IMG/VR virus record: IMGVR_UViG_3300024259_001450
Coordinates: 1-60,075 of that record
Length of the DNA stretch: 60,075 bases
Reading direction: 5' to 3' (one strand)
Origin: a virus
Taxonomy: Duplodnaviria > Heunggongvirae > Uroviricota > Caudoviricetes
Position 1 is the first letter of the stretch. Each line of letters starts with the position of its first letter. Made by a program: the position numbers and the translations under genes. Below the pieces are notes generated by a model. That model was not told the DNA's origin, ran no database searches, and saw only the letters and a list, made by a program, of their open reading frames with translations. This document shows positions 11,101 to 22,700 of this stretch, piece after piece.

Positions 11101-13756
11101 AGGATCAACATGGAGCGTTTTGTATGAAACCTATGCCCCTCCGCATACTTTCTACAAAGCAACAGAAGCTGGAAGATTCTTAGCTATTGCTAATGGTGCC
11201 GTGTATATCAGTACAGATGGACTGGGATGGGCTTCTACAAGCGGGTTGTCTAATACGGCAATCGTAAGAGATGCTATCGAAGACGGCGTGAGCATTTATG
11301 TAAGTACGGATTTAGGAGTCTACATACTAGAAGAAGACTCTCTTGGGGATTTGCTGGTATGGCAGCAAACGAGTTTGTATAGTGGTAAAAGTACAGATAC
11401 ATATGCTATGTACTATGATTCCGTAGAAGACAGAGTTGTAGTTAGCAGTGAGATTGGATTGTTTGAAACCTTTGATGGCGGCGTAACTTGGTCGTATACC
11501 GACGAGTTGGAAGAGATGACTCCTGTGTGGAGATTTTTACAACAGAACAACTATGTATTTGCTATTACAAATGATAATGTTTGGCGTAAACATCAAACAT
11601 CATCACAATTTACGGAAATAGCGTCTATTGACGCAGATGTAGTGAGAGACGCTGTAATCTTTTTGAATAGATTTGTTATTGCGACAGATGAAGGGGCTAT
11701 GGCTTCGTCAGAAACAGCCAATATTTTTAATGACACGGGTATAAGTTTTGTAACAGATATTTTCCATTCAATTAAATTCCCTTTAAAAATCACACCAATT
11801 TCACTTTTGTCTGTAACTAATTCCCTATTGTATCTTGGTACTGATCAAAATCTATTTTACACAAGTGATTTGGATATTTTTCATCGTCGTTATAGAGAAA
11901 CGACTGGAATTATACCAACTGTGTATGTCGATGAGATCGAGCAAATTATTGGATACTATTACAGCACAGACAATGATCTTGTCTATTTTGACAGAAAAAT
12001 GGAAGAGACATCTACAATAACTGTTGCCAACCAGTATTCCAATTTTAGAGCGGAGAACGAAGGATGGATTGATGAATACTACAATTCAAATGTAGATATA
12101 TTCGATGTGACTGGTTCAATAGTAACCTTGGTTAATGGGTCAGTGCCGTTGGGTCCGTTGGAACTGGTAGAGTTTGATATTTTTTCACCAGAGACATCAA
12201 ATGCGGACATCGCAAATGAATTCATTGATGAGTATGATGCACTGTTGTTACATTTGAGAAACGTTGTTGGCGGCGCTGAATCTCTTGCTACAGGAGAAAC
12301 GCTTAGAAGCATTGTGTATGATCTGGTCGATTTGTATTACAAAGTATATTCTCAGCATTTCGGAGAGATAAGATATGGCTCATTGGTAACTATTGATGGA
12401 AATGACTACATAATCTTTGGAAATCAAATGATTTTGTCGGCGAATGCGTCTGCTCTGTTGGCTAATTATGTTATGGTAGAAAATATTCCAGAGTTTAATT
12501 TCTCTTCCGTATTGAATTCGAATATCAATGCCAATGCTTCTGATGGTGTATTGTCAATTAATAATTCGACATATAACAAATATGATCCGTTGTTCATGAG
12601 TGCCAGCGATACCGCTGTGTATAACATAGGCAGCAATACCCATAAGCAGTTAGAAGATGCGTTAGACGCGTTCAACAGCGGGTTGACATTATCTCTTGCT
12701 GACGCGGATCACGTAAATACATTGAAAACAGGTCTTTATATTGAAAAAACATTTGATGGGGCTTCTGAAGACGATGATTTTGTGTTTAACAGTCAGTACG
12801 TGATACCAAGAAATAAGACTTGGTATGATGTCTTAAATTCTACTGTAGATTATACAGAAGAAGTAGCATGTGCCAACTCGGATGGATATGTAGGTTATCC
12901 AACGGCGGTTCTGTATGTCGAATCTTCTAATGATGTTTTTGTTGGAGACTATAGAGGTCTTATGAGAATCGATGTTGATACTTTTGAAATGGCAGTAGTC
13001 ACATTTAATGACACAGGCAATGAAGAATATGTAAGAGATTTGTTATTGCAAGACGGTACAATATATTTACTGACTGATCATTTTCTATATACAAGTGTTG
13101 ATTTCGGATACACATGGTCTATAGGTGACACTCTTGGTCTTAGCGGTGACTATAGAAAGATATTCCATTACAACAGTCATTTCGTTTTGGCAACTACTGA
13201 TGGAATATATCGTAAATATGAAACGATAGAGCGTTGGGAACAAGTCGCTGATGTTGGCAATGTAAGACAGTTCTCTGAAGCTAACGGTATTATCGCATTA
13301 ACAGAAAACAATAAGATATATTATAGTGTCAATGGTGCTGATTGGACAGACCGTGGTAAATTTGAAGATATCGATGTGAGTCAAGTTGGCTTATTGAATA
13401 CGATTGTGGTGTTGGCGACTGATTCTGGTTTGAGACATGACTCTGGCACCATTTATGGTTTAGAACTGGCTTCCACTTTAATTGACCTGGAAGGAAATAC
13501 AGAAATTTCAGCAGCATTGAAAATAAATGATTTATCTGTCGATAATATAAGAAATGAAATTGTGTCTGGAAGTGGGGATGGAGAATATTATATTTGGCAA
13601 TCTGATGCTAATACCGTTTTATCAGATAGTTCTGGCATGGACGCAATACATAGAGTGTTAAGCGTTGGAAATGATTATTGGTTATTTGGAAATGGTATGG
13701 TACGAGCGTTGTCTCAACCATACCCGATTACAATAGGAATTGGAATTCCATTCTAA
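8123..13756 (+). CDS. Large virion/tail protein with FN3 repeats and BNR/beta-propeller domains (1877 aa)
   Basis: FN3 signatures (LSWDANSEADLSDYMVER..YSDTGLLDNTTYFYRVYAFDKSGNIS; YTIKLKAVDAYGNES; YMITTVDMFGNES). Asp-boxes SDNEGSTW, STDGLGW, TFDGGVTW, SVDFGYTW, SVNGADW. Confidence 0.75.
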   Translation: MPVYTPYYNMAAFLNGEVYSSVLDKERMSTIDTQLAFVSNIIGDGRISGWTVTDATVVAPDFLIDIDWGTGIINNFVTQNSSVFVGDVPASSVNYVYMQRKPYLSKLFGPFSDIGTLAWTDTTPPIDPAGPVNLVFSDITHESLVLSWDANSEADLSDYMVERCTDGITYVQIARTTDPSYSDTGLLDNTTYFYRVYAFDKSGNISIPSIPVFTTTLRNLTAAAKATYFLPFPSDGQVSLVWGEVNDTLLDHFTIVVQELDAEYNSIGLSTSYTVDENLNFFIVDELLNDHTYRFTIYSVNQYDVLSEPLSVNATPKLNIGPAEATDLELSYGQSVSNPKFIKLDFSWEDGIEAYRALAERYLITVIENGSVVSNPITVIYGINDLVIEEFLVGNICTYVKPQTDYILKIQAIDENGNTNNGSVIRIFTGIVVAPSAPHSITSELTENGLLFLWKNTSSSFEYNTVTLDDEDLSTFVTTTQINEFNNGRAKSYVYPFASLLPDHKYTIKLKAVDAYGNESEESIHEHTILPLDYTTSGGSSPSSSRPPAINKLFAFGGDRSILLIWSEVINYTPDFYRIWRTPYRVAPPYDPADFTLVSTVPGTVFSYVDYGLTNDTRYIYMITTVDMFGNESLNPIDDEYTYHTSFHALPVDGGSNVTHPIAVWPVPAGGYDITISWNSVVDGVEGDFDCYEIYFSPLNLYSWEKVGSVDNDTTVFIHQNALIHGDGNYNYIVRAARDETRVLVSQSSTPPINSIELAKITTTATDITIEDTARDLGGLEDFIGERIEALLDDHKHVWTPSYDRRIDLNSNVIITDWVTNDQKTYATADFIVGTFMDGNVITVLEPLFYVVKVDDAITDIPFVVDPLLKRIRFSSATGSDDISVECVGINETSGILPDERMGTLSATVSGSGRVNEAVLPDIPHTGRNKENLLPLQLPMTSDNGYTYKIYQNENSDVHQDIGGSTSFYDFIRASDGSLIAATSRGILISDNEGSTWSVLYETYAPPHTFYKATEAGRFLAIANGAVYISTDGLGWASTSGLSNTAIVRDAIEDGVSIYVSTDLGVYILEEDSLGDLLVWQQTSLYSGKSTDTYAMYYDSVEDRVVVSSEIGLFETFDGGVTWSYTDELEEMTPVWRFLQQNNYVFAITNDNVWRKHQTSSQFTEIASIDADVVRDAVIFLNRFVIATDEGAMASSETANIFNDTGISFVTDIFHSIKFPLKITPISLLSVTNSLLYLGTDQNLFYTSDLDIFHRRYRETTGIIPTVYVDEIEQIIGYYYSTDNDLVYFDRKMEETSTITVANQYSNFRAENEGWIDEYYNSNVDIFDVTGSIVTLVNGSVPLGPLELVEFDIFSPETSNADIANEFIDEYDALLLHLRNVVGGAESLATGETLRSIVYDLVDLYYKVYSQHFGEIRYGSLVTIDGNDYIIFGNQMILSANASALLANYVMVENIPEFNFSSVLNSNINANASDGVLSINNSTYNKYDPLFMSASDTAVYNIGSNTHKQLEDALDAFNSGLTLSLADADHVNTLKTGLYIEKTFDGASEDDDFVFNSQYVIPRNKTWYDVLNSTVDYTEEVACANSDGYVGYPTAVLYVESSNDVFVGDYRGLMRIDVDTFEMAVVTFNDTGNEEYVRDLLLQDGTIYLLTDHFLYTSVDFGYTWSIGDTLGLSGDYRKIFHYNSHFVLATTDGIYRKYETIERWEQVADVGNVRQFSEANGIIALTENNKIYYSVNGADWTDRGKFEDIDVSQVGLLNTIVVLATDSGLRHDSGTIYGLELASTLIDLEGNTEISAALKINDLSVDNIRNEIVSGSGDGEYYIWQSDANTVLSDSSGMDAIHRVLSVGNDYWLFGNGMVRALSQPYPITIGIGIPF

Positions 13757-13765
13757 GGAGAAATA

Positions 13766-14179
13766 ATGTTAGAAGCACTTGTATCATGGCGACATAATGG
13801 GGAGACAGCATTGAAGCGAAGCGGTGATATACTTATTATGGCTTTGACTGGTCATCCGTGGGGTAAAATGGATAAAAAATTCCATTCTATAGTTGAGTTT
13901 GACGACCCAGAACTCGAAGCCAAATTGCGTGAAAAAACTTCGCCGAATCCAGTTATTTCTTTACCGTACTGTGAGTTCAACCCGTCTGTTGGCGACGAAG
14001 AACCTGTAATGAAAGTCCGTTCGACGTTTAGAGCCAATAAGGATAATTTTTCAGCTAAAATATTAGACCCTACAGTTGAAGTCAATGAGATATCAAGAAC
14101 AAAAACTGATAAATCTTTAAGTAAGAGTATCATGTTGAAAGATGCTGTGGTAATTGGGGAATTAGGGAGGAGTAGATAA
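13766..14179 (+). CDS. Hypothetical protein in the tail module
   Basis: RBS AAGGAG; stop/start overlap (TAATG) with the next gene. Confidence 0.6.
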   Translation: MLEALVSWRHNGETALKRSGDILIMALTGHPWGKMDKKFHSIVEFDDPELEAKLREKTSPNPVISLPYCEFNPSVGDEEPVMKVRSTFRANKDNFSAKILDPTVEVNEISRTKTDKSLSKSIMLKDAVVIGELGRSR

Positions 14180-15789
14180 TGGCCGCAACGATTTCAACAG
14201 TTGGTCCTGGCAAAGATTTTGCCACGTTGCAAGCGTGGGAAGACTGGGCAGATGGTCAAATTTCGAAACAGCAGTATGCTGAATGCTATAGTGGTGCTGA
14301 TTTGGGAGAAGTGTATATCAATGGGTGGGGAGGGGGACACGTAGAAGATGATACTCCGTGGATTTATGCAGCCATAGGCGAAGAACATGATGGGAACCCG
14401 AACAACACAACACAGGGGGCTAGAATAGAGGCTAGTGGAGTTACCCACTATGCAATTAGAGCCTGGCCGTATGTTCACTGGTTGCGAATCGAGCGAATGC
14501 GGATAAACGCCGACTGCACCGATGGCGGAATCGTCGCGATCGATCTCATTCTGTGCAACGACACGCTGACGGATGGCAACCTTATCGCCATTACGAACGC
14601 TGGAGCGAATTATAATACTAGTATATACCAAAATCCATACAATGATGGTGGATTGATTTGTCGCAATAATATCGTTGTGATGGACGAGACTGGTACAAGT
14701 ATAAATCAAATTGGGATTAAAGCTTATCCGACTGCGAGCGTCGCTTTCGGAACCGCCAATATGACAACGACTGTATATAATAATACAGTTATCGGAATAC
14801 CAACCGCAACTTCACACGCCGATGGAATCCGTATGGACAGTTATTCATTTGCAGACACGACATTGAACGTAACCCATACGTTACGAAATAACCTTGTTGT
14901 TGAGCAGACAGTTGGAGCGGCAGGAAAGACGTATCAGCCTGGCGGGGCTGGTCCTGGCATACGAAATATAACTTATGATGTCCAGTATTGTCTTTCAACC
15001 GACACGTACGCCGATACGTGGGGCGGAACTGGTAATATTGTTGATGCTACACCGTCAGAAACAATTGCCGATATCGTAAATCTTACAGATATTGGGCTTG
15101 CTGTCGGATCGTCTGGTGCAGAATCTGGTATAGATTTATCATCTGATTTTATGACTGATGCATTAAACAAGATTCGCATGGGAGATTGGAGCATGGGGGC
15201 ATTGGATTATCAAACCGATCCATCTGGTATTTATGGAATTGTCAATAAAATACCAGTTCAACGCGACCCGGAAAGATGGCTGGTTGGTCGTAAAATGGAA
15301 TTGAGTACAGGGGCATGCACTCCAGAATATAGCCAGTATAGTCTTGGATCGCCGTATTCTAAAATACATATTAGATTTCTATTAGACCCAGATAATTTCG
15401 CATCCGGTTCTTCTGATACAACATCTAAAGATGTTATGCTCGTTACTGGGCTGGATAATGACGGACTTGAAAGGTTCTACATTACATATAATTCATCAGG
15501 TAGAATTTATTTGATATACACTGATGCTGATGGCAATTATGCTACGATATTTGCAGATATGAATATATCTGCGAGAAGAGCTTTAGAAATTAAGATTTCT
15601 ACAACAGCATGTGCTATCTATGTCGATGGCACGCGAGAAGCAAATGTTAGTGGAGCTTTTGCCGATTTGTCAATAAAATTTGTGAGAATGGGATCAATTA
15701 GAAAATGTTTTTCGGCAAAAAATACAATTTATTTAAATGGATTCGTTATTGATCTCAACGGAATAGGCGTAACGCCTTTTGCAACATAA
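14179..15789 (+). CDS. Putative tail spike/receptor-binding protein (beta-helix plus C-terminal lectin-like domain)
   Basis: N-terminal TVGPGKDFATLQAW is typical of beta-helix proteins. Asn ladders (DGNLI, CRNNIV, VYNNTVI, LRNNLV). C-terminal AIYVDG is LamG/ConA-like. Confidence 0.55.
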   Translation: MAATISTVGPGKDFATLQAWEDWADGQISKQQYAECYSGADLGEVYINGWGGGHVEDDTPWIYAAIGEEHDGNPNNTTQGARIEASGVTHYAIRAWPYVHWLRIERMRINADCTDGGIVAIDLILCNDTLTDGNLIAITNAGANYNTSIYQNPYNDGGLICRNNIVVMDETGTSINQIGIKAYPTASVAFGTANMTTTVYNNTVIGIPTATSHADGIRMDSYSFADTTLNVTHTLRNNLVVEQTVGAAGKTYQPGGAGPGIRNITYDVQYCLSTDTYADTWGGTGNIVDATPSETIADIVNLTDIGLAVGSSGAESGIDLSSDFMTDALNKIRMGDWSMGALDYQTDPSGIYGIVNKIPVQRDPERWLVGRKMELSTGACTPEYSQYSLGSPYSKIHIRFLLDPDNFASGSSDTTSKDVMLVTGLDNDGLERFYITYNSSGRIYLIYTDADGNYATIFADMNISARRALEIKISTTACAIYVDGTREANVSGAFADLSIKFVRMGSIRKCFSAKNTIYLNGFVIDLNGIGVTPFAT

Positions 15790-15798
15790 GGAAAATAA

Positions 15799-16659
15799 AT
15801 GGCAGATAAAGTATTATTAGCTCAGGTATTTAATGTATATGGCTCTTTCACTCCGACAAAAGCTTCGGCCTACTTGAGAGTAATCGGAGATGTTATTGGT
15901 GAAAGCTATTTCGATATTACTGATGACGCATGTATCGATGCGTTAAACTTTTCTGTTCTTACACAATCAACTAATAAATTGATTGTTGATAACCGTGATC
16001 CTGCTTTTACTGGCTCAGGTTTTCTCTCAACATTGGAATTTGTACCAACGCAATCTTATTCGTCAGTAGACTACCCAATAACAACTACAATAACAGATAC
16101 ATATAGGATTTGGATAAGAGTACAGAAATTGACTGGGAATTTTTTGGCGAGAGTATATATCAATGGGACACAAGAAGGTAAGATAGAGGCAGCAGGACCG
16201 ACTGGAACAGATTGGTTGTGGTTGTCTTGTGATATAGAAATTTCTAAAACTAGAGATCACATTATGAGTATTGTTATGCAAGAAGACAATAATACTCTAG
16301 ATAAAATATACATTACATCTGATCTAACTGCCACTCCTACTGGTACAGGTCCAGTTTTGACAACTGCACCATATATTACAGTAAATTCTATGCTATATAC
16401 CGTTGACTCTAGCGGTAGACCCGATTATCCATTATTTATTAATGATTATAAGACGACAAGGGGAGAATTAAGAACAGACGATTGGTATAATTTCGATTTG
16501 AATTTAATAGACGATTCTTTAGCGAGTGTCTCATTTAATGATAGATACGCATTGGTTTTGGTCACAAGTGGCTCAAATGACGACCAATATATCCTATGGG
16601 AATTGGGGGATATAGACGAATATCTCTGTGGACCATCTGCATTTAAGGTTTTGGGCTAA
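15799..16659 (+). CDS. Putative virion protein with a carbohydrate-binding-module-like jelly-roll fold
   Basis: TYRIWIRV ... WLWL ... LDKIYIT pattern of galactose-binding-like folds; RBS AAGGA. Confidence 0.45.
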   Translation: MADKVLLAQVFNVYGSFTPTKASAYLRVIGDVIGESYFDITDDACIDALNFSVLTQSTNKLIVDNRDPAFTGSGFLSTLEFVPTQSYSSVDYPITTTITDTYRIWIRVQKLTGNFLARVYINGTQEGKIEAAGPTGTDWLWLSCDIEISKTRDHIMSIVMQEDNNTLDKIYITSDLTATPTGTGPVLTTAPYITVNSMLYTVDSSGRPDYPLFINDYKTTRGELRTDDWYNFDLNLIDDSLASVSFNDRYALVLVTSGSNDDQYILWELGDIDEYLCGPSAFKVLG

Positions 16660-16715
16660 AGGTTAAGTGGGTATTTTATCGAAAATAAGTATAGATATTC
16701 CAAGGAAATACGTCT

Positions 16716-19700
16716 ATGCAGCTTTGTATCTATAATCTTGAACTAGGTTCTTGGGAAGTTGTCAATTATACTGATTGGCTTTCCCTTTCTAATTTAGAAT
16801 GCGCTGACACGATAGCTAGCTCTATGCCTTTTTATGGATATTACCATGTCTTTCACGGCACTACAGACACGACAAAAGACGTATGGCATATACGTGATGA
16901 TAAAAGCCACGCATTGCGTGTCTATGAGGATTTCCAATCCTTAGATGCTTATGGCGAAAAAATTATTATTCCCCCTGCTGATGAACGTTGTCTTAATGTT
17001 AATGTTTTTACGCCAGATTATGAAGATATAAGGAATACAGAAACCGTTGCTGATGAGCTTGGCGGTGAAGACATTACGTTGAAATTAGATGACAAAATTA
17101 TTAATATGATTTTTGACACCAGCGGCAGCATGGGATGGAATGATCACGAAGGAAGTCGTTACGATTTGGGTGAACGAGTGATCAATAAACTGAGTTCTGT
17201 TTATCCTGGCAATATCAATTATAGCATTTTCAGATTTGGTGGTCAACCATTCAATCTGATTTTCGGCGGGGTGGCAGAAGCAGATTTCCCAGCAACCGAT
17301 TTGTCTTGTGCTGCTGATATATGCGGAGATAGTTCTAGCCGTTTTTATGGCATACGAGTTGTGCGTAAAGAATTTTCATATCCATCAACTCCAATTGATG
17401 GTGATATTTTATTCGATGGTATAGCCGATAGTTTCCTAGACACCGGTTTAGAGTTGGAAACTACATATTATTATTCTTTATTCACATTTGACAAAGAAGG
17501 CAATTTCAGCGACGGCATTCCATTGAAATATACGACAAATGGGGACACCGTTCCTGCTGGTCTGTCATTGGCTAGCGGTAATGCCTTGGTCGGAAGTGGA
17601 GTCATTATTGATGGTAATGTTCCTAACGTATGGCATTTCGATGAAGGATATGAAAACAATGCATATGATTTCAATGCCTCTACAGATTTGTCATTATTCA
17701 ATCATCAGTGGTTGAATAAAGCTGATGTACCATCCGGAACTGCTGGGGTTAGATTCAATGGAACAACCACAAGAGCGTCTTCGGCGTTAACAAGAGATGC
17801 TGTATTCACTCGTGATTTTACTGTTATGGCGTGGATTAAGCCATATACGTTTGATGGTAAAAAGCCAATCGTATATAGACAAGATAATGCAACAAATGGT
17901 TGGGCTGTAGAAATACAAAATGGCACAGGAAGAATACAGTTTGTTCTTCAGGGAGCGACAGTTGGTACATCGAGTTTCGCAGTAGATTTACATGAGTGGA
18001 ATCACATCGCGGTTGTAGTTGATGGTGTCGGTGATGGAACGTTTTATATCAATGGAATTAGCGCTGGTGAGTTTTCAATATCCAGTGCCAATATAGACAC
18101 TAATATGTTTATAGATGTCGGATACGACAGAATAGGCGATAGGTATTTCTTTGGGGAAATTACGGAAATAAGTATTCATGACGTAGCCAGAAGCGTTTCA
18201 TATATTGCTCAATATTCTTCTCCTGCTTCATTTGATAATTATAGGGATAATGGAGATAGATTAGTATTAATAAAGGGGAATGTCCCTGATACATTTGACT
18301 ACGACACTGTGGAAATTCTTGGTAGAGTGTTTAGGGCACCAGCTAACGAGGATGATGGAACTCTGATATATACTGGGGTTGCTGATACTGGTGAATTCTA
18401 CGCCACTTATCGAGAAAACTTTGTTGCTGGTTCTACATATTATTGTCGAGTGTTTACAAAAAACAGTTCTGATATATATAGCCACATCTATGACTCACAA
18501 AAGATAGATATTAGCATACCAATAATTTCTCAAGAGAACAGACAACTATTGGGACTTGTTGGAGATACCGCTGCTATCGATTTGCCTTCTCCTACTATCA
18601 GTAGTGTTTTGGAAGACAACGGCAAAATATATATTGGATGGGACATTGACGAATTGCTTGCTAATCCAGATATCATTATTGTTAGAATTTATGTTTCGAC
18701 AAATGGTTATCCAATTGTGGGGGATATTTGCACTAACGGCGAATTGGTTTTTGAGGGTGATCCATCTGAAGGGTATTTTGTTCATCGTGATTTAATAGTC
18801 GGTGAGGATTATTACTATACAGTAATCGCTATAGATAGATATGGCAATTTTTCAGAAGTAGCAAATACAAAGGCATCTCCAAATGGTGCTGATTCTCCGA
18901 CAAGTTTACCTTTGATAAGTATCGATAGCGTTTCATATGAAATAAAAGATGAAAATAGCGTTAAGATTTTCTGGAATGACGTATTGCCATCGAGGGATGT
19001 GCAAACATTTTTCGATACCAGATTGGCTCTATTCGCAAAATTGGTTGACCAATATGGAGAAATAATCACAGAGCGTGATGACGTTAATGTGTCATTGGTA
19101 GTCTCTGGTACTACGACAATGGCACCAGACGCGGCACCAGACGTATTCTTGGGCGAGACAACCGTTGAAGATGTAAGCGTAGATGGTTTATATAAGTATG
19201 CAATAGAAAAACTGTCTAGCGGAATTACTAAAGGTCTTTTGTATCTTGACCCCGCTGATAGCACTATACTTAAAAACGTAGAATCGGTTAATCTGACAGT
19301 CCGTTTTAAAGTGTCAATTGCTGATCCCGAAAATACTTCTGAGAATCTGTTTGAATACACATCTTCTCCTGTCTACGCCAGATTTGCTAATCCTCTTAGG
19401 TTTGAATTTGTTAATCGTGATCATAAAGTGGTTACGAAAAGATGTGCTACACAATTGGCTCAATTGAATTCTCAATTTACTAGTGAATCTATAAAATATC
19501 ATGGGGCGTATTTAAATGCATCCGAACCATTTACATTGAGAGCGTATTTAGATTTCAGAAACAGGCAATTAGATGTTTCTAGCACAGTTTCTATAGCCAT
19601 ACATGATGCTACTAAAGATTTATGTGATAAATCTACTTCTCCTGTTGATGCAGGCGTTAGTGATACGATAGTTCTTGTCGGCAGTGAATTTCTTGTCCAG

Positions 19701-22700
19701 CAGGCCGTAGAAAATGTTTTGGATATTAATGGAAATCCAATAGGGATTAAAAAGGCAGTTTCTTTCATCGATATACCAATTAATATGCCAAAAACACCGC
19801 AATCAGTGTATGTCTACGTAAAATTCTTTTTCGAAGGATATGGATATGTAAAAAGATTTTTTGCGGTCTTTGAAAGTCCTCTGCAAATCGAAGTTGCTCC
19901 AAGAGTCCCTATAGCAGATGGAATAAACCAAGCAGAACAATATGCGGTAACATATTTGATTGATGGCGACGATCCGCAAGATGCATCTAGTAGGACATAT
20001 TTAAATGACATATGGATGCAATGGACATTAGAACCATTGCAATCTAATACTCCTCGAAAGGCTCTCAGCTATACAGGTGACCCCGCATACGATTATGCAA
20101 CGAACTTGAACGAGGCTTACTCTTATGTGACCACTGGTGGCTCGACAAAGAATGTATTAATTGGACCAGTGCAAAGTGTGAGCATTGTAGACGCGGATAG
20201 CAACGGCAATCCTACTTTTGAATCCCATCGTTTGACAGCAAGTTGTGCATATTCTGGATATACAGCTTCTGAATCATATAATTTAGAATTCTTCCCAATA
20301 GGGTTTGAAGAACCTGTACCTGTTTCTGAGTTGACATCAGATAACGACAGTACAATTACATTCACGCCATCTGATTTGTATGCGGCTGTTACTGCCGCCG
20401 TTGGATCAGTTCCAGGTTCTCCGAAATGGAATAATAGTTTAGATTTGAATGGCGACGGTATAATTGATGAAAGAGATCAATCGTTGGCTCTACAATTTAT
20501 GACAGAAACAACTGATATACAGTTGTCTCAGCAATTTGCTCCTGGTACATCTGGTTCATATATGTTAATGGAGTTGCCAAACTACAAACAGGAGTTTTGG
20601 ACGGATGGGCGTAGCTATGCGAAAATGACTGTTAGCCATGACCCCGCTAATTCTACTACAAAATATTCTGATGCTTTTAGGGGGTGTGTTGCTGCTGTGC
20701 AAAAAGATTTAGTAGAATTAAGCCCAGGGCAATCCACACTTATCTATACGAATGATTCTGAAATAGAAATAATTTGGGGAGACGTTATAGAATACGTTGA
20801 TCCGTATGTCGGCGATTGGGTATTGGATACCACGAATGCATTTATTGCTACTGGTTATGCATTTATTAATTTGTCTGATGGTAATGATACAGAAGTATTC
20901 TTCAGAGTAAATAGAAAACAAGAGAACAAACCAGTCGGTTTTGAAAAAGCATACAATAGCATATGTGAAGATTTCTTGGGCATTTCTTCCTTACTGCAAT
21001 ATGAGAAAGAAGTGACTGTGACCGGTTCTACTGTTGCTCTGTTTGACGACAATAACATAACTTCTACGATATCTTTACGAGGCGGTGGTACGATTAATAG
21101 CGGCATAATTCCAACGATGTTAATACCGAAAGAGCCTTTGCAGATTAGAGTCGCTGACAGACAGGCTGATAATGTAAGCACAGAAGCTTTTGTTATAGAT
21201 GGTCTAACCAGTAATGAAATAGTATTAGACGTTTCTTTTGCTGGTCGCTCAGTTCCTGATGGAACTAAGGTTAGTGTAAATATAGTAAACAAATATGAAG
21301 ATATAATTACTACTGCTGATTCTGAAGTAGAAACATTAATTTACACTGACCCTCTTATCGATCCTGATAACGCGAGAAGTTATGCCACTGTTACTATTAG
21401 GCCGATTGAGCCTGGCAGAACATTCGAATCTCAAATATTTATGACAGTGAAGTACGACTTCTCAGGAGAAGTTAAGAGAAGTGAAACTCTGTGTGTTACC
21501 GTATCAAACGATGCGGAGAAGTCATTGCCAGATAGTAGCGTAACTACAATTAATACTATTTTTAGTAAACGATTGGAAAGATGCGATTTGGCTCCTCCTC
21601 CTGATGAAGTGGTTTGGACAAGTAGGTTAGATATGAATCATCCTCGTGGGCATCTCGTTACTGAAGTTGTCGGTACAAAGTTGTATGCGATAGGAGGTAT
21701 TGATGGCAGCGAAATTTCTGGTGTTGTAGAAAGATACAATCATACGACTAACGAATGGAAAGATAAATCCGTTATGCCAACAAAACGCATGATGTCGATG
21801 TCTGTTCAGAGTGGTGGAGAAATTTATGTGGTGGGTGGAATAGGGTTCGATTTTACAGATAACAAGGTTGTAGTGTCTAATGCCGTAGAGAGATACGATC
21901 CGACAACTGATTCGTGGGAGCATCTTGCCGATATGCCAGATATCAATTTGGGTGGGCCAGATAACGTATCTTATGGTGTCGCAGGCGGCACAGCACAGTT
22001 GATTGATAATAAAATATACATACTAAGTGGGGTAAGAGAGATTTCAAGCGATGGCACTGTTGTTGATTATAATGATAGAATTTTAGCATATGATATTGGT
22101 ACAGATTTGTGGTGGTATTCTGACGCGATAACTTCTAGTGATCTAGATAATTATTTTAGAGTTTTTCCTACGAGCTTTAGAGACGGTTTCAATATCCAAG
22201 TTATGGGTGGGACATATCAAGATTCAGTTACCAATGAATATATTGCCAATACTTATTCTTATGATGTCCTGGGCGGTGTATTGTCTCATTCCGAATGGAA
22301 GTTGGATATACTTCCAGATTTTAGAAACAAGGCCACCTGTGTATCTAATGGAGATTTACATTATATCATAGGGGGAATTGATTCTGTTAACAATATAGTA
22401 AAAACATGTGAAGAAATTTCTCATATTGGCGGTCCTGATCCTGATTATTTAAAACAATATATGACTGATATCCCAAAAGGGAGAAATGGTGTTGCCGCAG
22501 CAGTCATCAGAGACTTGGGAGTCGATTATTTATATATTGTTGGCGGGATAGAAAGCGGTAAAGGAAATAATTTCCTACAAGTATTTGTTGATATATTCGA
22601 TCATGATATGTTTTTAAACCATGAGCAATCAATTGGAATAAAAATACGTTTATTAGATGATAGTGGCGAAATTCCTTCAGGAAATATAACACTATTATTA

